Positions 49,540 through 60,044 of a DNA stretch of 64,000 bases are shown here, piece after piece. Every line of letters begins with the position of its first letter. Positions within the stretch are counted from its first letter, which is position 1. The translations under genes and the position numbers were made by a program. Source of the stretch: an uncultured Acidobacteriota bacterium (lineage in GTDB: Bacteria; Acidobacteriota; CAIWXX01); contig CAIWXX010000120.1 in assembly GCA_903916735.1 (NCBI GenBank), positions 75,746-139,745 of the forward strand, in the 5' to 3' direction. Below the pieces are notes generated by a model. That model did no database searches and was not told the DNA's origin. It saw nothing but the letters and a program-made list of their open reading frames with translations.

Positions 49540-49746
49540 GGCGATGTTGTCCTGATGCTCGGCGGGCTCTACAAGAAACATGGCCGTGTGAAGGAGGCCG
49601 CCGAGATCTACGATCGGGCTTTGGTTCCGCCCGGGCTGCCTGAAGCATATAAAGCGCGGATCGCTGCGCGGAGGGATTCTCCGTGCTGATCGGATTCCAT
49701 TTGGGCCTGACCCCGCGCGCCAGACGCCGCATCTTGTCGCAATCCT
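49540..49746. repeat. Copy 2 of the ~207-bp direct repeat; includes a duplicated TPR C-terminal fragment (ORF 49441..49689)
   Basis: See copy 1. ORF 49441 ends ...GDVVLMLGGLYKKHGRVKEAAEIYDRALVPPGLPEAYKARIAARR, paralleling ...GDAVLMLDGLYEKHGRVKEAAEVYDRALVTTGLPEEYRSQIAARR. Confidence 0.8.
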
Positions 49747-50261
49747 GCGTGGAGCCAGAGCTGCCGTGAGGAAAATTGAACTCAGCGATGCCCTCTGGAT
49801 GTCACTCCCTGCGGCGACCGAACGGCCTCCCAATGGCCACCGTCTTGCAGAGCTCAAGCCGGAACAGGTTCAGTTTCCTTTTACGAGATCACCAAAAAAT
49901 CCGCGTCGACATCACGAACGGGGGACAGCAGTCACACGATTTGATCTGCGATGACGCCACTCGTGAACGGCTCGTGGCAACTCGTGCAGATGCCGGCAGG
50001 CACATTCTTGACCAGCTCGACAGCATGAGTGAACAAAAAGGGCACGTTAGCCCTGCCTTGCCTGAGCCGTTCACCGCAAAGCGGACAACAGCTATTTGGC
50101 GAATCAACTGCATTTTCCGGGCAGTATCCATCTCATAGGAATACGATACCAACGACACTGACATAACCCCAGGGTTACCGCAGCGCCGGAGGCGCGAAGG
50201 AACCCCTGAGATTCACCATGCCATGTTGACTAGTCTGGTCAGACCAAGTAAAATCAATTCC

Positions 50262-50540
50262 ATGCAGAGAACCTATTCAATTTACGAAGCGAAGGCCAAG
50301 TTCAGCGAGATCATCCGAGCGGTGAAGATGCGCCGGAAGGTCGTTGTCACCGAAAGAGGTACCCCGGTCGCCGAGGTAGTGCCATATCAGGAAGAGGCTG
50401 AGGAATCGATGTCAGGACGGCTGGAGAGACTTACCCGAATGGGGGCTATTGTCCCAGCTGCCGGCAGATTCAGTGCAAAAACCATGAAAGTGCTCCCGGG
50501 CGCTTCAGAGCGATTTCTGAAGGAGGACCGTGGCGATTAG
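50262..50540 (+). CDS. Type II antitoxin, Phd/YefM family
   Basis: MQRTYSIYEAKAKFSEIIRAVKMRRKVVVTERGTPVAEVVPY matches the Phd/YefM fold. It overlaps the downstream PIN toxin gene by 11 nt. Confidence 0.75.
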   Translation: MQRTYSIYEAKAKFSEIIRAVKMRRKVVVTERGTPVAEVVPYQEEAEESMSGRLERLTRMGAIVPAAGRFSAKTMKVLPGASERFLKEDRGD

Positions 50541-50937
50541 GCCGATTGCAGCCTATATCGACACCTCGCTGCTGATCCACGTCAGATTCGAGGAAGCGGG
50601 GCGCCGGTTCGCGCGGCGCATCGAAGCGTACGACCATCTGTTCTCGGCCGAATTGCTCCTCGCCGAGATGTACGCATTCGCCATGCGTGAGGGCGTCGAC
50701 CGCGTCGATGTGCTCGAAGCGGTCAATGGAATTTCATGGGTCATTCCTGACCGTCCGCTCGCAGGCGAGCTGGCCCGAGTCATCGAACAAAAATACGTGC
50801 GCGGCGCCGATCTCTGGCATCTTGCATGCGCCTGCTATCTATCCCCCGTGTCGGAGAGCGTCGCTTTTCTCACGAGAGATTCTGTTCAGCTGCAAATCGC
50901 CCACCGCCTCGGACTACAGACCCCGGAGTTTGTCTGA
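50530..50937 (+). CDS. PIN-domain toxin (VapC-like)
   Basis: AYIDTSLLI (first acidic residue), ...AELLLAEM..., ...FLTRDSVQ (conserved D). GTG start after AGGAGG; 135 aa. Confidence 0.75.
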   Translation: MAIRPIAAYIDTSLLIHVRFEEAGRRFARRIEAYDHLFSAELLLAEMYAFAMREGVDRVDVLEAVNGISWVIPDRPLAGELARVIEQKYVRGADLWHLACACYLSPVSESVAFLTRDSVQLQIAHRLGLQTPEFV

Positions 50938-51210
50938 AACCACACTGCCCCTCGTCCCAAGCAAGAAATGGGTGTCTCACAATTATTAAGATCAATATGA
51001 AGGGTATTTCGGCCACATCAAATCCGACGTCAAAACTGGCTACGCCATCTTATTCTGCCCCAGCCCTGATGCTATGGTTTTTGCCTTTGCCTTTTTATTT
51101 TCCCAAATCGGCGCCTCATCCGCGGACTTGGGCAACGCACTGGGGATCGCCTCCGTCGATTGCCTTGAACTGGAGAACTTGTGATCCGCCGGATGATGTT
51201 GCAGCGGGAA

Positions 51211-52335
51211 TCAGACCAGGCCCTTCAGGAGTGTGAGAGCCTGGGCCACCCGTATCCCTTCCGGGCTCTGGTAATCCTTCGAGCCCGCTGCCGTAACCTG
51301 CCAGGCTTCGCATGCCGGGAACCGGGCTTTCATGTATCGCAGGCCCTTGTCGATCTCCTGATCCCCCCACTTGCACTCCACCATGAGGATGGGCTTCGTT
51401 CCTTCGACAACCACAAAATCGACCTCCCTTCCATCCGTGTCTCTGAAGTACCTCAGCTCGACGTCCCTCCCGTGGACATCCTGCTCCCAGTGAGCCCATT
51501 TGAGAAGGTGCGCGGCGACGAGGTTCTCGAAACGTGGCGCATCGCCCGGCACGAGCGTCCAGTCCAGGTGATAGTGCTTTTGTTCCTTTTTGACGGCGCG
51601 GATCCGCGGTGCTCCGAAGGGGGAGAGACGAAACACGGCATAGAGCCGTTCGAGGATCCCGAGCCAGCGACCAACGGTCTTATGGCTGAGCTGCAGGTCC
51701 TCGCGGATGGCGTTGATAGAGAGCGGGGAGCCGACCAGCTCGGGCAGGCGGATCATGAGCAACTCGAGGTTTCCGAGATCCTCGACTCGTTCGAGGCTGG
51801 TGATGTCCTCCCGCACGAGCCGGCTGCGGTATTCCCTAGACCACCGGCGGGATTCCACATCCGAACCTCCAAGAAAGGGCTCGGGGAACCCTCCGAGTCT
51901 CAGAAGATCGTTGAAGTCGCGAATAGTGACCATGTCCAACTCGGCCACCGAGAAGGGGTGTAGCCGGAGGAGATGGTAGCGGCCTTGAAGGGAATCCCCT
52001 CCATAGCGGTACAGGTCGAGGCGTGCGCTGCCAGTGACAAGGATTTTCCGCTGCGGCCGCCGGCTGTCGAACAATCCCTTGATGTAGCCGCGCCATGAAC
52101 GGTATTTATGTATCTCGTCGAAGATCCACAGAGGTCCGGGCGGAAGTTCGCGCCTGAGTATTCTCTCGCGGTCCTGCGCGACGTCCCAGTCAAGATATCC
52201 GGCACGTCCACCAGGCAGGCTCCTGACGAGAGTCGTCTTGCCGACCTGGCGCGGCCCGGCGATGAAAACCATCTTACGCCTGAGATCCTGCACGACCTGC
52301 GGCGCGAGATATCGCCGGAACAGCCTTGCCGCCAT
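51211..52335 (-). CDS. AAA+ ATPase of the COG1373 / DUF4143 family (second, GC-rich paralog)
   Basis: Walker A IAGPRQVGKTT. Walker B IFDEIHKY. C-terminal DUF4143-like; 374 aa. Confidence 0.75.
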   Translation of the reverse strand: MAARLFRRYLAPQVVQDLRRKMVFIAGPRQVGKTTLVRSLPGGRAGYLDWDVAQDRERILRRELPPGPLWIFDEIHKYRSWRGYIKGLFDSRRPQRKILVTGSARLDLYRYGGDSLQGRYHLLRLHPFSVAELDMVTIRDFNDLLRLGGFPEPFLGGSDVESRRWSREYRSRLVREDITSLERVEDLGNLELLMIRLPELVGSPLSINAIREDLQLSHKTVGRWLGILERLYAVFRLSPFGAPRIRAVKKEQKHYHLDWTLVPGDAPRFENLVAAHLLKWAHWEQDVHGRDVELRYFRDTDGREVDFVVVEGTKPILMVECKWGDQEIDKGLRYMKARFPACEAWQVTAAGSKDYQSPEGIRVAQALTLLKGLV

Positions 52336-52903
52336 GCGCAGAATCTACTGGTATTTTGGCCTACTGTCAAATTTACTCACGGCGATTTTATCCTCATATC
52401 GAAAACGCCCGTTGCGCGCGAACTTAATGTATAGCCCATTCAGAGCGACGAACTGACGGTCTCCACCCGGTCCATGCTCCAGATCATGGTGGGACTTTCC
52501 CGATGTGTGGAAGTGCCGGCGGCTCATTGGGAGCGCAAACACACTCCGCCGCTTATGGCGGATCAGGAAAAAGCAAACCCTATGCTGCAGGCCCGTATCG
52601 ATCCGGAAAAGCCGGACGACTCCTTCGCCGCCGTGCCGTACGACGGGCGCCTGATTCTGGATCGTCAACGATGACTGGCTCTCCAAGCGCTCCTTTGTCG
52701 CAATCATGTTCCTGTTCACCATAGCCGGAGCCACCGATCAAGATCGGGGCCCAATTCTCACCATCCCAACGCAGTGAACGGCTGATCGGGCTCGATTCCA
52801 TTGAGGAGCGAATAGCGAGTATCTCGATTCCGGAGAATGAATACGGATAATTTAAGAGATCATTGGCACTGCCTTCTTTTTTCCGCCCACCATACATGGC
52901 AGC

Positions 52904-53901
52904 ATGTCTCGACGCTGTGACATTGTAGGGAACAGCCATGAACGGCCCCATGAGAAGCAGGATAACGAGTGGCTCGCACGCAATCCGGCGCAGCATGTGT
53001 GTGCGGTCAGCATTCTGGCTCTTCTTGCAGCGCTGAGTGTAGCCTGCCCTTCGCCCGCTTGGTGCTCGCCCAAGGTGGATGTGCTCATCCTGCTGAGCGG
53101 GGATCACATCACTGGTGAAATTGAAAAACTCGACCTCGGCACTCTCACATTCAAGACCGATGACATGGGTACACTGAGCATCGAGTGGGAGAAGGTGGGT
53201 GAGTTGAATGCGCCGGAGGTTTTTATAGTTGAAACGGGCGACGGATCACGCTATTTCGGGTCACTGACATCGCCCGCACCTGGAAGGATCACCGTATCGA
53301 AGAGCCAGAAGCAGATCCTTCTGGACATGAACTCCGTGGTGCGGATGTATCCCATCAAGCGCACGTTCTTCCGACGAATCGACGGCAATGTGAACATCGG
53401 TTTGAGCTACAGCAAGCGAAGTTTCGTGGCATCGCTCTCCTTAGACTCACTCGCCACGTTGGGCAATGCTGAGAAAAATCATCCCGCCAGACGCTATCGC
53501 TCCTTTACACGCGCTTCCTGCGCGACAGATGGATCATCAGCGGCGTCGGGCGATTCGAACGAAACCCTCATCTCGGGTTCGACTTTCGGGCGACCAGCGG
53601 TATCGGATTCGGGGGATTTCTTGTGCAGACAAACCGGCAGATCTTCACCGCGGTTGCCGGAGCGGCCATCTCGCGGGAGAAACCCATGGATGCAGCCAAT
53701 CTCAACTCTGTCGCAGCTGTGATCCTGATGAACTATCAGCTTTTCATCCACGAGACTCCGAAGACAAACATCAATACTACGCTCATGGTCCTCCCTCCAT
53801 TTACCGGCCAGGAATGTCGACCGGATTCTGCACCAGGAGCCCGAATCGATTTTACAATTTCACAAGGATGTCACGCCGGATTTGGAAAAGATAATTCTTA
53901 A
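52904..53901 (+). pseudogene. Possible frameshifted secreted/outer-membrane protein (DUF481-like)
   Basis: Signal peptide AVSILALLAALSVA. A plausible domain reaches ...RIDGNVNIGLSYSKRSFVASLSLDSLATLG, then Arg-rich nonsense. A beta-strand-like continuation appears in another frame (53623: ...NLNSVAAVILMNYQLFIHETPKTNINTTLMVLP). Confidence 0.3.
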
Positions 53902-54674
53902 ATGCCTCTGCAAAATTCCCACCGAGTGCTACCAGACGGCCGCCGACCTGGCTTTTCTTAAAAAGGGAGGAACCAACATCCAGCCGGCCCGAGTCGATCA
54001 GGAGTTTGAATACTACGTCCCTCGATGACTCGCTCATTGACTGCTCGTCCTGATTCAACTTCTGTATTTCTGCATGTATATCACCGCTCTCGCGTGGTCA
54101 GATCAGCTTCGTTCGGAAATGGAATATGCTTTTGGAGATGCCACAGAGTCCATGATGTTGTATTTCATCTTTACTGCCATGTTGGGAATGCGCCTGAGAC
54201 TTTACATCGCCAGTCTCGTGATTTTAGACCACGTCCGAACCGGCGTTCGGTTTCGTAAGGTGTTTCCGGGCATCTTCATCCTGGATGCAACCTGGGCCGT
54301 CTGACCCATTGGTCTGGCACAGTCGTGAGGCTCGGCGTTTGCGCATTGGCATGTGTTTCACCCCTGGCATTTCTTCCCTTTTCTCAACGCACTCTGGCCC
54401 GAAGTGCTTATGATCTCCGGGAGCTTCGCAGGACATCCACTGGCCGGAGGCCGGCTGTATTGAATTGATCTTAGAATGGATCCGATGAGAGGCTCGGATC
54501 GACTTCGATTTTTGTTCAGAGAGCAGCATATCCGCTGCCTCAAGAAAAGGAAGAAGTGCTTCATCCACAATTCTTAATGCTTCGGGAATTGGGACTCGAA
54601 GAATCACTTGACACGCGGATATCGCGGGCAGTATACTCGACTTGATCGATAGAGTTTAGAAAGTCAGGAAACGG

Positions 54675-55136
54675 ATGCTCTCACGCAAAGCAAAATACGC
54701 ACTCAAGGCAACGCTGATGCTGGCTCGGGAGCATGGTCAAGGACCGGTCCTGATTTCTGAAATCGCACAGAAAGAAAAAATCCCAAAGAAATTCCTTGAA
54801 CTGATTCTGCTCGATTTAAAAAATCACGGCATCCTTCAAAGCAAAAAGGGAAAAGGTGGGGGATATTTCTTGGGAAAGAGCCCCGAGTCGATAACTTTCG
54901 GGGCTGTTGTGCGGATCATGGACGGGCCACTCGCTCTGATTCCCTGCGTCAGCCTTACGGCCTACAGGAAGTGCGATGATTGCATCGACGAAAAAACGTG
55001 CGGAATCTGGCTCATCATGCAAGAGGTCCGAGACAACACGGCTCGGGTACTGGACGGGACAACTATTCGGGACGTGCTGAATCGACTTGACCGAAAAAGT
55101 CCGAAGGCAAAGGAGCCGGGAGATTTTCTATTATGA
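54675..55136 (+). CDS. Rrf2-family transcriptional regulator (IscR/CymR-like) with four Cys cluster
   Basis: N-terminal wHTH MLSRKAKYALKATLML...VLISEIAQKEKIPKKFLELILLDLKNHGIL. Cys ligand candidates in PCVSLTAYRKCDDCIDEKTCG. Confidence 0.8.
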   Translation: MLSRKAKYALKATLMLAREHGQGPVLISEIAQKEKIPKKFLELILLDLKNHGILQSKKGKGGGYFLGKSPESITFGAVVRIMDGPLALIPCVSLTAYRKCDDCIDEKTCGIWLIMQEVRDNTARVLDGTTIRDVLNRLDRKSPKAKEPGDFLL

Positions 55137-55216
55137 AATGGTTTCCTTTAATAGTCTACTTAAAAAATAGAATAAATAGATTTAACAAAATCAACAACGG
55201 CACTAAAAAGGAGTTC

Positions 55217-56677
55217 ATGATGCTGAAACGTTGGCTTATGGCCGCCGGCTTGATCGCCGGGGTATTTGTTTTGCCATTAACGGCTAGGGCTCAGGAGGTA
55301 AAAAAGGAAGACACTGCAGTTTCGGCGGGGCAACAAGAAGCTGCTGCCGATCAACAGCCGCAAACCGAGCCTACGGACAAAGAGAAGATCGAAGCCCTTG
55401 ACCAGAAGATCCGGGTTCTTGAAAGGCTTCGTGAAATCGAACAGGAAAAGGCCAAGGAAAAGGAGAAGACGGCGACGATTGTCGGAGCCGGCAAGGATGG
55501 GTTTTCAATAAAATCCGCTGACGGCGCATTTGTCTTCAAATTTCGTGGGCTGATGCAGGCTGATCTGAGGGTTTTTGGAGAGAATTCTCACCCGCCGATC
55601 GCAACGTTGGGATCCAACCCGACGACATTCACAATGCGCCGAGTTCGTCCGACATTCGAAGGGACGGTCTTCAATATCTTTGATTTTAAGTTCATGCCGG
55701 ATTTTGGAGAGGGGAAAACGGTCCTTCAAGATGCTTACGTGAGCGCTCGTTTTCTGCCAACCCTCGCCGTGGTTTTTGGAAAAATGAAGGAACCTTTCGG
55801 TTTGGAACGTCTGCAGTCGACCCAAAATATTATCTTCATCGAGCGGGCCTTGCCGACGGACGTAGCCCCTAACCGAGATGTCGGCGTGCAGATAACCGGC
55901 GATGTTCTGCATGGAACTCTGAATTACTCTCTCGGCGTTTTCAACGGCGTCCTGGACGGCGCTAGTGCCGATATCGACGTTACCAAAGGAAAAGATATCG
56001 TCGGCCGCGTTTTCGCGCGCCCATTCCGTCAAAACAGTTCGTCTCCATTGCAGGGTCTGGGATTTGGAATCGCCGTTTCAAGCGGGCACCAGGACGGAGC
56101 GCTGTCCACATACAAGACGATTGGACAGCAGACCTTTTTCTCTTATAGTTCCAGCACGGTGGGCGTCTCGAACATCGGCGCTGACGGAGCGCACACACGC
56201 GTTTCGCCACAAGGATATTTTTACCATAGCTCGTTCGGGTTAATGTTCGAATATTCGACCTCTTCTCAATGGATAAAGAAGGCAGATCTGGTGAAGAAAA
56301 CTGAAACCCGCGCCAAGATTCAGAATACCTCATGGCAGCTATATGGGTCTTACATTCTGACAGGTGAAAAGGCCTCTTTTAGCGGTTTCACGCCGGCAAA
56401 CCCCTTCAACCCGAAGGATAGTCACTGGGGAGCATTCGAAGTTGCCGCCCGCTATTCTCAATTCGACATCGACGATCTCGCTTTCTCGAAAGGTTTTTCT
56501 GATCTCTCCAAATCGGCCAGTCAAGCGAAAGCGTGGGGAGTTGCCTTCAACTGGTACATGAATAAGTTCATCAGATATGCGATTAACTATGATCAGACTC
56601 AATTCAAACGCGGCGCGGTCAGCGGTGACAGGCATTCTGAGAATGTGATCATGAGCCGCTGCCAGATCGCGTTCTGA
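55217..56677 (+). CDS. Anion-selective porin, OprO/OprP (phosphate-selective porin O/P) family
   Basis: Signal peptide [25 protein letters not shown]. Coiled-coil N-terminal segment, long beta-barrel region, terminal ...RCQIAF. The ORF track start 55133 overlaps the Rrf2 gene; the AAGGAG RBS favours 55217. Confidence 0.65.
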   Translation: MMLKRWLMAAGLIAGVFVLPLTARAQEVKKEDTAVSAGQQEAAADQQPQTEPTDKEKIEALDQKIRVLERLREIEQEKAKEKEKTATIVGAGKDGFSIKSADGAFVFKFRGLMQADLRVFGENSHPPIATLGSNPTTFTMRRVRPTFEGTVFNIFDFKFMPDFGEGKTVLQDAYVSARFLPTLAVVFGKMKEPFGLERLQSTQNIIFIERALPTDVAPNRDVGVQITGDVLHGTLNYSLGVFNGVLDGASADIDVTKGKDIVGRVFARPFRQNSSSPLQGLGFGIAVSSGHQDGALSTYKTIGQQTFFSYSSSTVGVSNIGADGAHTRVSPQGYFYHSSFGLMFEYSTSSQWIKKADLVKKTETRAKIQNTSWQLYGSYILTGEKASFSGFTPANPFNPKDSHWGAFEVAARYSQFDIDDLAFSKGFSDLSKSASQAKAWGVAFNWYMNKFIRYAINYDQTQFKRGAVSGDRHSENVIMSRCQIAF

Positions 56678-56724
56678 CGATTGATTTTGGAATTTCGGAA
56701 TTATTTTGCAGGAGACAAATAGAT

Positions 56725-57735
56725 ATGTTGCTTAAACGTGCCGTCTTCGGGTTTCTGGCGATGGGCCTTATTCTTGCAGCCGCTCCGCTTCTCCGCTCTG
56801 CCGGTGAACCGGTAAAACTCCTCAATGTATCCTACGATCCGACCCGTGAACTTTATCAGGACTACAATGCCGCCTTTGCGAAGTACTGGCAGGCGAAAAC
56901 CGGGCAGACCGTGACGATCAACCAATCTCATGGAGGTTCCGGCAAGCAGGCGCGGGCCGTCATGGATGGACTCGAAGCGGATGTCGTCACACTGGCGCTC
57001 GGCTATGATGTCGACGCAATCCAGAAGGCCGGACTCATTGCCCCCAACTGGCAATCACGCCTCCCCAACAACAGCGCTCCCTATACATCGACTGTCGTTT
57101 TCCTCGTCCGCAAGGGCAATCCGAAAAACATCAAGGAGTGGGAAGATCTGGGCCGGAACGGGATCTCGGTCATCACGCCCAACCCTAAAACATCCGGCGG
57201 CGCACGATGGAATTATCTGGCGGCATGGGGATATGCGCTGAAGAAATATGGTAATGATGAGAGCAAAGCGCGTGATCTTGTCACCCGAATCTTCAAAAAC
57301 GTGCCGGTGCTGGATTCAGGCGCTCGGGGATCCACGACGACGTTTGTGGAACGTGGCATTGGTGATGTGCTGATCGCATGGGAAAATGAAGCGCTGCTGG
57401 CCGTCAATCAGCTCGGAAAGGATAAATTCCAGATGGTCGTGCCGTCAATGACAATCCTGGCGGAGCCAACAGTTTCGGTTGTCGATAAATATGCCGGAAA
57501 GCATAATACCAAAACTATTGCTCAGGCTTACCTTGAGTATCTCTACTCTGAAGAAGGTCAGCGCATTGCCGCGAAGCATTATTACAGGCCCCGAATGGAA
57601 AAAATCGCAGCCGAGTATGCTCATCAATTCCCGATCGCCAATACTTTCACAATCGACCAGGCATTCGGGGGATGGGCCAAGGCTCAGAAAGCTCATTTCG
57701 ATGACGGCGGGACGTTTGACCAGATTTACCAATAG
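56725..57735 (+). CDS. sbp: Sulfate/thiosulfate ABC transporter substrate-binding protein
   Basis: Signal peptide plus Sbp/CysP family signature regions ([12 protein letters not shown]...[12 protein letters not shown]...). Confidence 0.85.
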   Translation: MLLKRAVFGFLAMGLILAAAPLLRSAGEPVKLLNVSYDPTRELYQDYNAAFAKYWQAKTGQTVTINQSHGGSGKQARAVMDGLEADVVTLALGYDVDAIQKAGLIAPNWQSRLPNNSAPYTSTVVFLVRKGNPKNIKEWEDLGRNGISVITPNPKTSGGARWNYLAAWGYALKKYGNDESKARDLVTRIFKNVPVLDSGARGSTTTFVERGIGDVLIAWENEALLAVNQLGKDKFQMVVPSMTILAEPTVSVVDKYAGKHNTKTIAQAYLEYLYSEEGQRIAAKHYYRPRMEKIAAEYAHQFPIANTFTIDQAFGGWAKAQKAHFDDGGTFDQIYQ

Positions 57736-58089
57736 TAGATGCAGCAGAGGATGATCTCAGGATCCAGTGATCATCTGGGTCAACGATAGAGTGCGAGGGG
57801 AGCGTGGTTTGTGTTCAGGAGTCTTCATCACGAGACAAGATCCTCAGCTCAATCACGCTCTCTTCACAATGCCGGGCGTTGGAAATGCCCGGCCATATCG
57901 GGAGCGTCCCTATATGCACTCCTTTTGCCGATGCGGACATGGACGAGTTCCTTCTTCTTACTTCAACTCCACCAGTTCAAGAATCCCTCAACTAAGCCCC
58001 GGCATGATCTTGATGGTACCGTGTATCGACGGATGAGTGTTCTATGGTAATGTTGCGGGCTTGGCGAATTTAGGCTTGGAAGGGAACGA

Positions 58090-58926
58090 GTGGCAATTTC
58101 GCTGAAAAGGAGAAACATCCTGCCCGGATTCGGGCTGACGATGGGGTTCACGCTCCTCTACATGAGCCTGATCGTCTTAATTCCACTGTCAACAATTTTC
58201 CTGAAGTCGAGTGAGATGACGTGGGCTCAATTCTGCCACGTTGTGACGGCGCCGCGTGTGCTGGCCTCATACAAGCTCAGCTTCGGCGCCTCTCTCGTGG
58301 CTGCTCTCATCAATATCCTCTTCGGAAGTCTCGTCGCCTGGGTTCTCGTGCGATACTCGTTCCCATGCAAGCAGATCATCGACGGCCTCGTCGATCTTCC
58401 CTTCGCTTTGCCGACAGCCGTCGGCGGCATTGCCCTCACCACTGTCTACGCTTCAACGGGGTGGATCGGGCGACTCCTGGAACCCTGGGGGATCAAGGCT
58501 GCGTTCTCGCCGCTCGGCATTGTGATCGCTCTGACCTTCATCGGCCTTCCCTTTGTCGTCCGAACCGTGCAGCCTGTCTTACAAGACTTTGACCGCGAGA
58601 TTGAAGAAGCTTCGGCCACACTCGGCGCCAACCGCCTGCAAACCTTCATTCGCGTGATCCTGCCCGGCGTCTTGCCTTCGATCCTGACCGGGTTCACACT
58701 GGCATTCGCACGAGCCGTGGGCGAATACGGGTCGGTCGTTTTCATTTCAGGGAACATGCCGCTGCGCACCGAGATCGCTCCCTTCCTGATCATGACGAAA
58801 CTGGATCAGTTCGATTACACCGGAGCAACCGCGATCGCCGCGGTCATGCTCGTTGTTTCTTTCGTTCTCCTTCTGGCGATCAATATGTTGCAATGGTGGA
58901 GCGGCCGGCAAAAGGCTGCCGACTGA
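58090..58926 (+). CDS. cysT: Sulfate ABC transporter permease CysT
   Basis: Close collinear match to E. coli CysT (LPGFGLTMGFTLLY...DLPFALPTAVGGIAL...FVVRTVQPVLQDFDREIEEASATLGA). Confidence 0.9.
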   Translation: MAISLKRRNILPGFGLTMGFTLLYMSLIVLIPLSTIFLKSSEMTWAQFCHVVTAPRVLASYKLSFGASLVAALINILFGSLVAWVLVRYSFPCKQIIDGLVDLPFALPTAVGGIALTTVYASTGWIGRLLEPWGIKAAFSPLGIVIALTFIGLPFVVRTVQPVLQDFDREIEEASATLGANRLQTFIRVILPGVLPSILTGFTLAFARAVGEYGSVVFISGNMPLRTEIAPFLIMTKLDQFDYTGATAIAAVMLVVSFVLLLAINMLQWWSGRQKAAD

Positions 58927-58974
58927 AATCTGCGCATAAAATGGCGGAAATTGTGATGGAGCGGAATTGTGAAT

Positions 58975-59139
58975 ACCTCTCAGGAAGTCTGGAAGGGAGG
59001 AATGCAGGACTGTTTTGGTCAACCACCGCTGGCCGAAATAAAAGTCCGTTCCTGCTTTCATTTATTCCTGCATTCCTGAGAAGTCCGGAGTCGCGAGTAG
59101 TGCGACCTCAGTCTTTGGTTCTGACTACGCCGGGTTAGG
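58975..59139 (+). repeat. Copy B of the ~165-nt structured repeat element, filling the cysT-cysW intergenic region and ending 1 nt before the cysW ATG
   Basis: See copy A (17911..18072); core 59046..59139; upstream arm acctctcaggaag...ggaatgcaggac. Confidence 0.75.
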
Positions 59140-59140
59140 T

Positions 59141-60043
59141 ATGGGTGGAGGAATGACGTCCCCAATCATCGCAGAGCCGGCGGCAAAGGCATCGCGCACA
59201 ATCACCGAACCGCCTCTCGTCAAGTGGATGCTGATCGCGATCGCCCTCGCATTCCTCGCCCTCGTACTCCTCGTACCTCTTGTGGTCGTTTTCGATCAGG
59301 CATTTGAGAAGGGCATCGAGGTTTATTTCGCGGCCATTCGCGAACCCGATGCGCTGTCGGCGATTCGCCTGACCCTTCTCACCGCAGCAATCGTCGTTCC
59401 CCTGAACCTTATTTTCGGCCTTGCCGCATCGTGGTGCATCGCCAAGTTCGATTTCGTCGGGAAGAACATCCTGACAGCAATCATCGATTTGCCTTTTGCA
59501 GTCTCTCCGGTTATCTCGGGATTGGTTTTCGTTCTGCTTTTCGGAGCGCGAGGCATCTTCGGGCCATGGCTGATCGCTCACGACTTCAGAATCATTTTCG
59601 CTTTTCCGGGCATCGTCCTGGCGACGGTTTTCGTGACTTTCCCACTGGTCGCTCGCGAACTGATTCCTCTCATGCAAGCACACGGCATCGAAGAGGAAGA
59701 GGCTGCGATTTCGCTCGGTGCCCGCGGCTGGCAGACCTTCCGGCGAGTCACGCTGCCCAATATCAAGTGGGCGTTGCTCTACGGCGTCATTCTTTGCAAC
59801 GCTCGAGCCATGGGCGAATTCGGCGCCGTCTCAGTTGTGTCAGGACATTTGCGGGGACTCACGAACACCATGCCCCTTCATGTAGAAATTCTCTACAACG
59901 AATATAATTCCGTCGCGGCTTTCGCTGTCGCGTCGCTCCTGGCCATGCTGGCCATCGTGACGCTAATCGCGAAAAGGTTGGTCGAATGGAAGACACACCG
60001 GCCATTCCAGGCCGCCGACAGCATCCGTCAGGAAGAGGACTAG
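59141..60043 (+). CDS. cysW: Sulfate ABC transporter permease CysW
   Basis: Homologous permease fold with EAA-like loop (...[24 protein letters not shown]...). Confidence 0.9.
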   Translation: MGGGMTSPIIAEPAAKASRTITEPPLVKWMLIAIALAFLALVLLVPLVVVFDQAFEKGIEVYFAAIREPDALSAIRLTLLTAAIVVPLNLIFGLAASWCIAKFDFVGKNILTAIIDLPFAVSPVISGLVFVLLFGARGIFGPWLIAHDFRIIFAFPGIVLATVFVTFPLVARELIPLMQAHGIEEEEAAISLGARGWQTFRRVTLPNIKWALLYGVILCNARAMGEFGAVSVVSGHLRGLTNTMPLHVEILYNEYNSVAAFAVASLLAMLAIVTLIAKRLVEWKTHRPFQAADSIRQEED

Positions 60044-60044
60044 C

